A DNA stretch of 63,701 bases, filler included, from Reticulomyxa filosa (lineage: Eukaryota > Protista > Foraminifera), in NCBI GenBank assembly GCA_000512085.1. It is 15 parts of 15 records of this genome, joined end to end, with 100 filler letters (N's around TTAATTAATTAA, not from the genome) between each part and the next. Parts side by side here need not be neighbours in the genome. Positions count along the whole stretch, not along the records: positions 19,928 to 29,582 come from ASPP01008835.1; positions 29,683 to 39,789 come from ASPP01011146.1; 13 more parts are not named here. One strand, given 5' to 3'. The notes under the pieces were generated by a model. That model ran no database searches. It was not told the origin of the DNA and saw only the letters and a list, made by a program, of their open reading frames with translations. Position numbers and translations under genes: made by a program. Shown piece after piece: positions 25,247 to 37,960 of the stretch (position 1 is the stretch's first letter; each line of letters opens with the position of its first letter).

Positions 25247-27926
25247 ATGAAAAAAAATATGCAGTTAAACCGGCAAAAGAAAAGAACAAAAAAAAGGGGC
25301 AGGAGGCAAGAAGATTCAAAGGCTACAGTAGGGATGGGCTTAAAAATCAAAATATCTGAGGAAGTGTTGAATTTGTTCGTCCATCATTTTTCAGATGGAA
25401 CAATTGAGTATACAGACAAAAATGGGCAATTTTACCAGCCCGTCACGTCAGTTACAGGAACATTCCCTTCTTGGACAGCAGTCCTTTCAGAGGGAAGTGT
25501 AATCCGTCAAATATCATTGCAGCAATGTTTGATCTTGATCGCCATTTGTGCCGGTCTTGTAACTCTTGGCGGTGAGCACACACTTTTACTTTTGTACCGG
25601 TTATTCAAAAAAAAAAAAAAGCAAGTCATAATAATTACCTGTGTGTATGTGAGTGTCACTTCTTCAACACGGTTGCGTGTTCCATCACACATGTTACAAT
25701 TATAAACTCGTAACACAAAAAAAAGGTCTGACAAGTGGCCTTAATGTTTCATTAATGTCCATAAATCCGTTGAAAATAAAGCTGTTGGAAAGTTCGACGA
25801 ACGCATATGACAAACAACTTGTGGGACGATTGAAACCAATTCTAAAAAATCAACATTATCTATTGGTCACTTTATTAGTGGGAAATGCTGTTGGTTAAAA
25901 ATTGTTACAAACACAAATCTGACATATGTAACGTCTCAACGCAAAATCGCACAACATTGTCCCTACGTCTCCCTTCTTCAAATTTTTTTTTTTTTTATTA
26001 AACCTCCCCTCTTTGCTTTTTTTTCCCCTCCCCCCCTTTTCCTTCTTTACGTAAAAAAAAAAAAAAAATGATAATAATAATAAATAGCAATGGAAGCGTT
26101 GCCGATATTCTTGGACATGTTGGTCTCTTCGTGGTTGGCAGTAGTGATATCGGTGACTTTTGTGCTAGTGTTTGGCGAAATAGTGCCGCAAGCAATGTTC
26201 GCGAGTGATCCCTTGAAAGCGGGATACTACTTGTCGTGGTTTGTACGTCTGTTGCAAGTGGTATTGTTCCCCATTTGCTACCCCTTGTCCTGGCTTTTGG
26301 ATCGCATCTTTGCACATCAACACCAAGTTGCATTCACTCACAAAGAAATGCAAACTCTCTTTCAAGTCATCGCACATGACAAGGATTACGACGAAACCAA
26401 AAAAGAATTTGACAAGGATGAATTAATGTTTCTAAGTTTCTTTTTTATTTTATTTTATTTTTATTTTTTTTAAAAAAAAAAGAAATACTTTGGATTATTT
26501 CCCAACTTTTCAATCGTTAAAAAAAAACCATATTATACGTCAACATGCCACATATACAATGAAGAGGGCTCGTTACAATTGCGACATCAAAAAATAAAAG
26601 AAGAAATGGTGCCATGGAATAAGGTAAAGTCCCTCCCCTATGACTTAGTGTTAGATCTCAAAGGATTGAAAGAAGTTTACAAGTGTGGATTTTCCAGAGT
26701 TCCTGTTTATCGAAAGCATCCAAATGACGTTGTTGGCCTCTGTCTAACCAAAGTTTCTATTCCATTATATTAATCTATACATATTCATATATTTATAATA
26801 CTAACTTCGATACTCTATAATGCACAACTAATGATTTATATCGTTTTTCTATGTGTGGGAACGGGGTGCATGAGGACCTCAGGATTTGATTGCAGTTGCA
26901 CCAAGTACTACTACTATCCTCGGAGATTTCACAAGGCCTGGATTAGTCATTATGGCTCCCGACACAACCATGATCAAAGCCCTTAACATTTTTCAGGCTA
27001 AGAAAACACATTTTGCTCTGATTACAAGTTCTAGCTTTTTTTATTTTTTGCACTTCCCTCCCCCTTTTTTTTTTTTTTTTTTGGTATGCTCCTCTCTCTC
27101 GTTCTCGTAAACGACTGTTCCCACTTGTGTTGCTTCTACAGAGGACGTAGACACAGCGAAGAAGTATTTCCGCCAAGGAAAAACCATCCCAGAGACCTTC
27201 GAATGGTTGGGCGCCATTACTTTAGAAGTTTATTTCTTTTCCTTAGTCTTTGTCCTCTCTGGTTTTTTTTATTTCCTTCATTTTTCCAACTTTTTATTTT
27301 GAGATAATGTGCCTCCACTTCATTTGCAAAGGGGGGAGGGAGAGGTACAGAGAAATGCTATCTTAGAATATTTTTTTCTTGGGGTCGTGAAGTTCAATCA
27401 TTCATATGTTTATGTATTTATAACGTATATGTGCGCATAGGATATAATGGAAGAATTAATTCAAGAGGAGATCGAAGATGAATTTGATCGCGCAAGAAAC
27501 TGGGAAGAAAAGACCAAACAACTGCCATTGCAAAATCCCACAGATATCGAACGGAAGCTCAAGACAGTGTTTACAGAAGAGGCTTATTTATCTGCTTGGA
27601 TGTCACAGCTCCAAGCCAAAAATGATCGAAAAGCTCGAATGGAAGAAAACAAACGACAACGGAAAACACAATCTGCACTTGGAGTTGACAATCAATTCGC
27701 TGAGTTTGCTCCTAAAGTCCATCGAGAATCGATCAACTCGTACGGAACAGAACCCTTGTGGATGTTAAAAACTATTCCTGACGATACCATGTCTTCTTCG
27801 GTTATTGTCGGAGGCGCAGATTCAACTCTTGAAGGTTCCACAAGATATGGTTCCTTTGATTTGGAGCAGCCATTGGTTTCTTCTGGCAGTGACAGATATA
27901 CAATAACAAAAGTTAATTTGAAATAG
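25247..27926 (+). CDS. CNNM/DUF21 + CBS-pair metal (Mg2+) transporter-like protein, multi-exon; start uncertain
   Basis: SGLNVSLMS, HYLLVTLLVGN, MEALPIFLD, VLVFGEIVPQA, GFSRVPVY, GAITLE|DIMEELIQEEIEDEFD. Confidence 0.92.
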
Positions 27927-28479
27927 TCTTTCACGTTTCCGACAATCATAATACAAGCAATGGATAAATATTATAAGTATATTCTTTTGATTTGCGTTAT
28001 CTGTTTACCTGTAACGTTGTACTTGTTTTTCATGTGTTGTTTCACAAAATGAAATTGTATAATGTACATTTCGATAATCTCCTCATCCGCTTTCTTCAAC
28101 AGTTTTTTACGTCTCATCTGGACCAAATCAATTTTATAAAATTTGTAACAAATTTTAGTTTCAAATGAAAGGTGAATAATGTATTTTAAACTTGCGATAT
28201 GCTGTGAAAAATTATATTCCACAAAAAATACGTAACAACTTCGTATTTGGAATATTTACTTTATTTTATATAAGCAGTTCCACGCCCTTTTTTGTTTTTT
28301 TTTAGTTTTTGTACTAAAAAAAATATTAAATCATTCTCCAAAGAAAAAGAAATAAAACGGAAACATTATAATAAAATATTTGATTAACGATTTCATTACA
28401 CTATAACAAAAGTTTCGTTTCCAACACAAAGATATTATAAACACGACGACTTGAATTTATCATTTCCACAATGTAGTAT

Positions 28480-28930
28480 ATGATTGAATTGAATAATGTA
28501 TAACATATATTGAGAAGTAAGTGTGCTGTCTGACCGATACAAAGTATAATATAATGAATAATTTTTTACCTTTATAAACAAAAGATATTATTTACATTAA
28601 ATTAGATAGAGCTAATCTGACCGAATCGTATTGTATTGAAGCAAATCGAACTGAATTGGATAGACAAGCAGTGTTAAATTAAATATAAGTGTGATGATGT
28701 AAAATGAATTGAATTAAAGTGAAGTAAATTTAGGTGAACAGTATTAAATTATATTGAATAGTGTATGTGTGTATTAAATTATATTGAATAGTGTATGTGT
28801 GAATTGAATTGGATTGTATTGAGTTAGTATTCATTGAATGGAGCTAGATTAAATTAATTTGAAATAAATAAATTTAATTGAACTATGTTTGATTTAGCTA
28901 ATATGAATTAAATGGAGTTAGAAGAAGTCA
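28480..28930. repeat. Degenerate pentamer-periodic (GAATT/TATTG-like) tract containing a perfect 30-bp tandem duplication
   Basis: GTATTAAATTATATTGAATAGTGTATGTGT at 28741-28770 and 28771-28800, among many GAATT/GAATA units. Confidence 0.6.
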
Positions 28931-29432
28931 AATATTATTAATTCGATTGTATTTATTTAATATTTATTGATTTAATAGACTTACTCAGTATAATTAAAAT
29001 TAATTTACACATGGATTGATGATTTAGTAGACAATATTTCTTCAGATCATAGTTATTTATTTCTTTCTTATTTTGTGGATACATAAGAAGATTGTGTACA
29101 TAACATGATTACATTGCAAAACACACATATGTAGTACCAGTATATATTCAATAACATCATGACAAGCACACGGCAAAAAAATTATTTAGTCTTCTATTTT
29201 GGTATACATGTTCATATTGCTTCTTTTTTAGGTCCTTTTATCATTATAATACAACACATAATTGAGTACATATAACACAACAATCACAAACACGAAATGC
29301 ACAAAAATAAGTAAACACAACACACAAATTGCGTTTAATTGATATATGTCTTTGAAATAAAAAAAGAAAAATATATACTGTAGTATATGTGATCAAATGG
29401 TTCAATATGCTACGTATTGCTGCAGGGTACTA

Positions 29433-29582
29433 CAGTAGAATGCAAAGTAAAGTTGACACCTAAAATGGCACCTTATAGAGATGATTGATTTTCTACATTA
29501 AAAAACAACATTCATACATAATTTTTTTAAAAAAATATCTACAAATCGTGTAATTTTTAAATATCATTTTGGTTTTTTATTA
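29433..29582. mobile_element. Tc1 terminal inverted repeat (same family as 1988-3622), cut by the contig end
   Basis: TA|CAGTAGAATGCAAAGTAAAGTTGACACCTAAAATGGCACCTTATAG, collinear with the TIR for about 145 bp. Confidence 0.92.
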
Positions 29583-29707
29583 NNNNNNNNNNNNNNNNNN
29601 NNNNNNNNNNNNNNNNNNNNNNNNNNTTAATTAATTAANNNNNNNNNNNNNNNNNNNNNNNNNNNNNNNNNNNNNNNNNNNNAAAAAAAAAAAAAAAAAA
29701 AAAATTT

Positions 29708-30439
29708 TTTTTTTTTTTTTTTTTGGACCTGCAATAAATTGCCTGAAATACGTGCGCCCCACGACTGGTTCCAAAGCGGAGGTGTAGTACAGTATGTCAA
29801 ACAACTCTCCACCTGGCGCAAATTCGAGGACCAACAAAACGCAATCAAGTTTCTCGCTGTTTTTTGTTGGGTATTTTGCATTCAAGTTATAAGCATATAG
29901 TTTCATCACATTTTGATGGCGGATTTGTTTCAAAGAGTCAATTTCGGTTATTACTTGCTTCGACTATGCAGCATTTTTTTTGTAAATCAAGTTTGCAAGG
30001 TACGTAAAAAAAAAAAAAAAAAAGAAAATTCCTATTGTGTACGTCGCCCAATAACAGCATGATGAAACATTTACCTGTTCTTCAGCCCATGAATTGTCGG
30101 CTTTTGCCATAAATTTCAATGCCACACATTTTGAAGTTTTTTTGTCGTACCCTTTTTTTACCCTGGAATTTTATATGTATGTGCGTTTTTATTGGTTTAG
30201 TATTTTTTAAAAAATAAAAAAAGGAGTGAAAAATTCGATGTTTCTAGCACTCACCAAGAATAACCACCCTTTCCAAGGGTTTCGCCGATGTACCATCTGC
30301 CAATTGAACGATACTTTTTCTTGTATTCATCTTTTTTTTCAGACGATTCGGCTTCTTCATTTTCTGTGGCGGTAGAACCTCCTTGTTTTACGGAATGATC
30401 ACTTTCTTCTGATTTCAAGTCCAGTTCCGTGTCCTCCAT
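29708..30439 (-). CDS. Ser/Thr protein kinase (CAMK/AMPK-like), 3' partial
   Basis: IGETLGKGGYSW|VKKG, VALKFM, EIDSLKQIRHQNVMKL, LVLEFAPGGELFD. Confidence 0.9.
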
Positions 30440-30805
30440 TTCAGTAATGTCAAGAATTGAACAGTGATGAAGCTAAACGGGATATTTCAAAGCGCTAAAC
30501 TAAAGAAAAACTTTTTTTTTTGGCACTATATTTTTGTTATTTAAAAACCATTCTATAACCACAATTGCTTTAATGCAGACTATTTCAATTCCTAAAAAAA
30601 CCTGGTGTGATGGGAAAAAAATTCGTCTTATTCAAAAAACAACGGGAAGATTAAGTAAAAATCGAGAATTAATTTACGTTAAAAAAGTGATAATAGTGAA
30701 AGCCGTAGTGAAACGTCAGGGGGAAAAATTTCATTAAACGTAATCATTCATGTGCTAGTATCTGCGATTCGTGCAAACGTGTGAAAGCAACCACCAAAAC
30801 CAAGA

Positions 30806-32010
30806 ATGAGAGAAATAGTATCTATCCATGGTTACTTTGTACTTTTATGTTGTTTTTGTTCCCAGAACACCTAAAAAAAGAATATCTCCGCTCAAGCAAA
30901 TGTGCAAGGGGAGCCAAGATGTCCTGGAACAGTGGCTCTGTGAAAAATGATCAGACAAATGAATTGAGGATGCTTGATGATAATATGTATGCACATGGGG
31001 GGGGGGGAAAAAAATATCTGTAATAGTGGGCCAATGTGGCATTGGGATGGGCCATGAATTTTGGAAGCATTTGAACGAGGAAGCAATTCTGAACGTGTCG
31101 GGAGAGCCGGAAGAAAACCACCCATTCCATGAAACGCAGATCGACGAATTCCAAGAGAAGGACTTGAATCGCTATGACTACGAGTTGCAAATATTTACAA
31201 AGAGGCGAGTCGTCGAAAGAAGTTTGTGCCTCGATGCTTGTTCGTGGATTTGGAGGAGTCGTGTACAGACAAGGTATTGGCATCGGAGCACGGCAAGTTG
31301 TTTGACCCCGATTCGTTCATTACAAGTCGAGGTGGTACAGGAAGTTTGTTTGCAGTGGGACATTACACTGACGGTATATACATATACATATATACATAAT
31401 TTTTTTTTTTTTTTTTGAAACATATAAATTAAAATATTATTTATATGTTTAACAAAAAAAAAAAAAAAAGGGGCCTATCAAATTCGTTCGATTTTAGAAA
31501 TGTTACGAAAAGAACTGGAGGGATGCGATGCCCCACTTGCTTTTAGCCTTGGACACAGTCTGAGTGGAGGCACTGGGAGTGGCTTGGGCACGTTGATTTT
31601 GACACGTTTGGCCGACGAATTTACGGATGTATTACGGGTATCGCAGAGCGTGTTTCCTTCGCCGGGGATGGCGGGGGACCAAAACTTAGCGCCGTTCAAC
31701 AGCTTGTGCGCGTTCAACATGTTGGCGGAGTTTTGCGACCAGGTGTACTTGTTTGACAACTCGGCGCTGAACAACTGTCTGTCCACGTATCTGCGGTTGG
31801 AAAAGCCGGAATTGAAAGATCTCAATCGACTGTTGGCATACGTACAATGTCACGTCACTTCGCCCATGCGATATCCCGGGAAGCTGGCCAGTGACCTGCG
31901 CAAGATGGGCACCAATTTGATTCCTTTCCCACGCTTAAAATTCTTGGGGTTGTCGCAGTCTCCCATTTGTTTTGAGTTTGATTTGCGAAACGAAGTTATA
32001 ACATTCAAAC

Positions 32011-32046
<36 letters not shown>

Positions 32047-33859
32047 ATCAATTACGTACACAAAACAATTTATATACATTATGTAATTGATTCAAATTTT
32101 TTTTTTTTTTTTAGAAATTACCTTGGAATGTGTGACAGAGCTGGTCAATGGCTGGACCGAAACGACTTGGACAAAATGTGTTGCACCCGGACAATAGTTT
32201 GACTTCGATCGATGTCGAGTCGGGCAAGTTTTTAAGCTCGGCGATGATTTGGAGGGGAAACATGTTCACTGCCGAGTGGGAGACGTTGGGGCCAGAAATC
32301 CGCCAACGAATGAGCGAATTTTCCATTTCCTGGATCCCTTGTAACATACAAATGATCCATGCTCGAGGAGGGCCTATCGAGTCCAATCTTAGCTGCACCT
32401 TAGTTGGAAACCATACCGGCATTCGAAAAATCTTCCAGCAAAATATTCAAAATTTCAATAAATTTTTCAAGTTAAAAAAAAAAAAAAATCTTTTTTTTGC
32501 AATATACGTATTCCAAAAAAAAATTTTTTTTTTTTTTTTTTTTTTTTTGGAAATGTTGTGATCGCCAGCAAAGGTGCCTTTGTGCATCACTATACGAAAG
32601 AGGGCATGGAAAAAGAGTTTTTCGAAGAAGCTCGCGAAAACTTGAAAGACTTATGCTCGGAATACCAATCGAAAGAAGACATTGAGGTTCGGATGGAAGA
32701 GGTGGCGTTCGAACTCAGCGATCGCGTATATCACGATTATGTTGTCAGCAAAAACCGGAATCGCTCGTATGACTACAAATACCGCGCTTACTCCTTGGAC
32801 GAATCGGACGACGATGCCCCCTTCAACACATACTACGCAGACAAGCAAAAGGTTCACAAAAAAACTGTCACTGTCGCGCGCAATAACAAACAAATAAAAG
32901 CGCGCAATCATTATTACGACGAAAAAGACGAAGACGAAGATGAAGAAGAAAAGGAAGAAGAGGACCAGGGAAACGATGATAACGATGATAACGATGATGA
33001 CGATGAAGATGGGAATGAAAGAGAAAAAGCAAATGATACAGAAGAAACAGAAGAAACCGCAACAACAGAGGGGACACAAGACACTGAAGAGACTGAGGAG
33101 ACTGAAGAAGCGGAAGAAGAAGAAGAAGCAGAAGACGAAGAGGAAGAAGAAGCGGAGGAAATAGAGGAGGCTGAAGAAGCAGACGAAGAAGAAGATACAG
33201 AGACAAAGGAGAAAGAAGAAGATGATGACGATAATAAAAATGATGATGATGAAAATAATGATGGTGATAAGGAGGACGATGATACTGAAAAGCAAACGGA
33301 GGAAACAGAGAGCGGAAGTGAGGAAGAAAAGTATGAACAACCCAAAAAAGAGAGAAAAAAACCCCCGGAAAAAGTACGACCTCAAAATGTCATTGTGCAC
33401 AAAAGTGATGACGCAACGAAAAAAGAAACCCCCAGAAAAAATCAGATTCGGCATGTAAGGTTTGCGGATGATGCTGATCCCGACCAAACTGATAATGTAA
33501 AAGAAGACAAAGACAACGAAGACGAGGATGAAGTGCTCTTGGATACTTATTTTGACGATGAAGACGATAATAACCAAGAAGAGGAAAAGGAGGAGGAAGA
33601 CGGAGAAGACGAATTACAACTGGATGACGAGTCTCAACAAGAAGACGAAGACGAAGACGAAGATGAATTGGATGGTGATGATATTGAGGATGAAGTAGAA
33701 GAAGACGAAGAAGCAGAGGAAGAAGCAGAGGAAGAGGCTGGTGATGAAGAAGCCGATGAACCAGAAGAACAAGAGCAGGATAGTGAGAACGAAGATGAGG
33801 CAGAGGAGGAAGAAGAAAATTTGACAGACGAAGAAGCGGAGGAAGAATCTGAAGACTAA
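30806..33859 (+). CDS. Highly divergent beta-type tubulin with an acidic C-terminal extension of about 390 aa; join(30806-30830,31027-31373,31471-31994,32139-32470,32569-33859), 1-nt frameshift at about 31195
   Basis: MREIVSIH|VGQCG, FVPRCLFVDLE, GHYTD|GA, HSLSGGTGSG, FDNSAL, DLRKMGTNLIPFPRL, WIPCN, AFVHHYTKEGME, SEYQ. All four GT-AG introns are phase-compatible. Exons total 2519 nt; one extra nt gives 840 codons. Confidence 0.92.
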
Positions 33860-34452
33860 CTCAGATTTTGAACCACACAATCAAGAGTTTTGTGAAAAAA
33901 AAAATGAATATGTAAGTGAAAATGATTGCCGACGAGCAAATGTATAAGACGAAGAAGAACAATGAATACAACAATCATTGTATGATAAGATATCTTTTGT
34001 GATTTTGTGATGTTCGCTTTTTGTTTGTTTTGTCGCTTCAATGGATATGCACATTACCATTACTTTTAGCACTATTGTTGCACAAGGCAATGTGTAAACA
34101 TTATTTGCACTTTCTTGATTGCTCAAGAGATATTTTGTGAGTATCTTTTGTCACAATCCCAATATTACGAGCTAGTTGAGGAAACTTTTCATTTTATTTA
34201 AAAGTGTAGTACTTGTTGATCTTCAAATAACAGCAAAAAACTAACTTCTCCATAAAAGATGCCAATTGAATTTTGCTTCATTGAAAGATAGCTTATAAGC
34301 GAGGATTACAAAAGAAAAAAAAGAGATTTAAATTAAAAAAGTTGTTAAATTAGAAAAATCACGACACCTAAACATAACAATTTATCAACATTCATTGTAA
34401 GTTGAAAAGAATTCTTTTTTTCTCGTTGTGGGAAAGAAAAAACAAATAACAG

Positions 34453-36773
34453 CTACACAAAGCCCATGAGTTTATCAAAGGCTCTTTTTTCTTCCCTGCC
34501 TTGTGTCCTTTCCCTTTTGCCTACTTGTCTATTGATATATGGATTGGATTTGTGGTGTGTTTTATTGGAGCGAATAAAACTCGGCAAAATATTGTGCGTT
34601 GTGATCCGAGGAAGAATATCAGGAGAATCGGAAAAATTTGGCTTGATGTGATTGTCATCATCTCCACTATCATCACCATCAAATTGCTGATAACGGAAAG
34701 TATTGGAATGAAAGAGGTCCATCGAACGCATAGGATTATCACGAGCCGAGGATAGCGAGTGATGTGTCATTACTTGACAAGACTTATTTTGATCTTTGCA
34801 TTTGAAATCGGCTGGAATAGGATTTGGTTGAACGGGAAGGGTATTACTCTGATGCGTATCATCACCTTCAATATCGCTTTCACCAGCAACAGCGTAATAC
34901 CACCACAAGTGATTAAAAGGTTGTGTTTTATCCAAATGCAAATCCAAAGACAAATCTGGGAGGTTTCCATAATGCAGACAATCAGGCGACACATTTTCTT
35001 TTTCAACCATTTTTTCAGGTTTGGATACTTGACCACTTCCTTTTGGACGGCCACGTTTCCGTTTTGATGAGAAATCAGTGATTAGGTCTAGGCCTGGTTT
35101 TTGTTTCGTGTTTTTATTTTTGCTGCCCTTTGGTCGTCCCCGTTTTCGTTTTACTACTGCTTCACCTCCTTTCTCTTGTCCTAACATAGCATTCATATCC
35201 TTCTCTTTCAATGGCATTGGCATTGGCACTCCTCTGTCACGCAGCCTTGAATGAATTGATCTTTCTTCTGTCTGTTTCGCACCCGTTTTCATATGCTTGC
35301 TTGTTGTTGTCATCATTGACACAGTGGGTGTTGCCTTTACCGGCGTACAAACATCTGAACCGTGCCAGCGTTTTTTGTTGGCCTTGTTCTCGCCAAGTTT
35401 TGTCATTGCCAAAGGTGCAGCGGTAGGGGGCACAGCAAATCCAACTTCTGCGCTCCACATGTTATTGCCTGACAACGATGACGATGACGATGACACCGAC
35501 GTAGACGCCATGCCGTTGATATCCATTGTTGCTTTGTTCATTCTCAAGCTTGAAATGTAATCCAATGAGTTTTCTCTACGCTCTCGCGGACGTCGTGAAT
35601 GCTTATGGGAACCATGGCCATGTCGTGTTTGGAAAACGCTTCTTTTGGTGGAATAGTTCATCAGCTCACTTGAATGCCTTTTTTCCATGTGGTCCAACAT
35701 CATTGACATCGATGCCGTCGCCAACGACGATGACGACAGCGGTTGGGGAAAAGAAGAGGAAGAGGAAGCAAGAGGAGGAAGAAGGGGAGAGGGAGGAGAA
35801 GGAGGAGACAAGGACAAGTTCGGATTTGCCAAAGACGGCAACAACGAGGTACCATTATTCATCCCAAAGATATCCACTTTCATTTGCGTTACCAATGGCG
35901 GCACCGCACTATCCGACGAACTGAGATTGCATTCTGATTGTTCTTCTTTCTCACCGTTCAATACTTCATTCAAATTACCAAACTCCCCTTCATCGCTACA
36001 ATTGCTATCGTCACGACGCAGACCTTTATTCAAAAAAAAAAAAAAAAAATGATCACAGAATTTACTATTGTTTGGAATAATGTTCTTTTTTTGTTTTTAT
36101 TTATTTGTTTTTTTTGATACAAGATATGTATGCGTATGCTTTTATATGCAAAATACAAGCTACGTATACAAATTTTTTTTTCACAAAGGAGGAAAAAAAA
36201 AAAAGGGAGGACCCAACAAAAATAAGGCTGTGTGTTTGTTAACACACCGTTAAGGAAAGGCAGATTGGTATTCATATTCATTGCTACGGGCATCCCAAAT
36301 TCCAGGTCCAAGCCTTCCATCGACAACATCTGTGTGACACTTGCTGAGTCGAGATGGTTGGCTGCGCTTTGGAAAAACAGCCCCGAATTGTTGCCATCAC
36401 TACTGTCCGTGTTTTGATACTGCGGCGTCATTACATCATTTGGATAATCACCTGTGGGCAAAAAAGATACTATTGGATAGTCTATTGTGTTATTACTGGA
36501 ATCTGAATTTGGACTTGATGTTGCTGAATCGTGCGCAATCTTTCGCCTTTTGGGAAGGGGCTCTAGTGATCCTGAGGAACAAAAGGTCTGTGAGGATTTA
36601 ACAAGTATTTATTCCATAACAACAAACGTCGAGCTGCCTTGTGAAAAAGTGAAAAAGTAAAAATATAAACTTAGTCTTACATCAAAGGCGTCATCTTGTA
36701 ACGTAGAAATAACTCCATCAGACATAACATTTCCGTTCATCAAATCTGGATAGTCCCAATTCATAATGTTCAT
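34453..36773 (-). CDS. AT-hook-containing disordered nuclear protein, about 3 exons
   Basis: Two KRKRGRPKGS AT-hooks in the 526-aa ORF. Upstream exons run from ATG 36773 with a GTAAG donor near 36680. Confidence 0.75.
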
Positions 36774-37960
36774 TGTTTAAGCACACTTTTTTTTTACTAC
36801 AAAAAAACGTCAGAAAATCTACCCTTAGAAATAATTGAGATTTTTACATGCAAAATTAACATTTTCTTTAAAATCTCTTTTTCATATATATCTACAAGTT
36901 ATGCAAAAACCAAAAACGTATTTGATTTTTAATAAAAATTTCTCAAAATTTAAAAATAATAATTTTTGTTGTGGTATTTTGAGAAATTTTAAACAAATGA
37001 ATATTGTTTCACACTTTTATCTATTGGCTAAATCTTTTCTTTGCTTTTTACTGAAACTTGTGTTCTGAACTAAGTTTGTTTCGTCTTACACTTTGTCTAA
37101 CTGTCACCACAGGTAGATTTTAATGTTTTTTATGCAGTAAATTATACGTATTCTTCATTTAATACATAACTTCGCATGCAGCTATAATTTTTGTATTCCA
37201 TTTATTTAAATTGAATAACTACAAAAATGCATTTCATTATTATCATATTGTCATTTTTATAATATTTATCAAACATTTCATCAAACAAATCTAAAATAAA
37301 CAAATAACATATTTTCACGAATACTATAGGTCATTCCTTTATTGTGTTGTTTTATTCATAAATTTTTGGAAATAGTCAACTATTATAACATTTTTGATGA
37401 ATATAAATAAAAATTAATATTCCAACAAAATTCATATCTCATTTCTATTGGATTGAATTACAAAGCTGATCATAGCAAATTTAGCAAATTTTAACTAATA
37501 ATTTTTGTCCTTGATTTCTTTATTTATTCCTTTTAATTGTAATGGTTTTAAGTTCAAGTTCCCGAATGCAGCTTGGAACAATTTGCAATTTTCAATTTAC
37601 CTGATCAATTTACATTATGTCATTAATTTTAGAATGTTTCACTTTCTTGTTTAATGTGATAGTTACTCCTTATTTTTCAAAGTTAAGCACAACTTATGTA
37701 ACGTAGTAAGTGAAATTTTATATTGATATATCAGCTACTGTACCTATTTATCTTACGACTTTTAAAGTTATTGAACTTAGTATATTATTAATTTTTTTCT
37801 TTTAAATCTTAATATCCATTATATTTTATGTCATTTTCAATTTATTTATTACTTTTTTCAAAATTTATCATTTTATTGTGCTTCACAATACTTATTCAAT
37901 TTGAGAGTAAGTCTTAGTAACACTTATTGTACTTGACGTATAGTCTCTCCAACATAAATA

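Noticed and set aside
31184-31202. 19-nt GT-AG micro-intron as an explanation for the tubulin frameshift
   Set aside because: Removing it gives the wrong frame and deletes the conserved Y-x-E-A segment.
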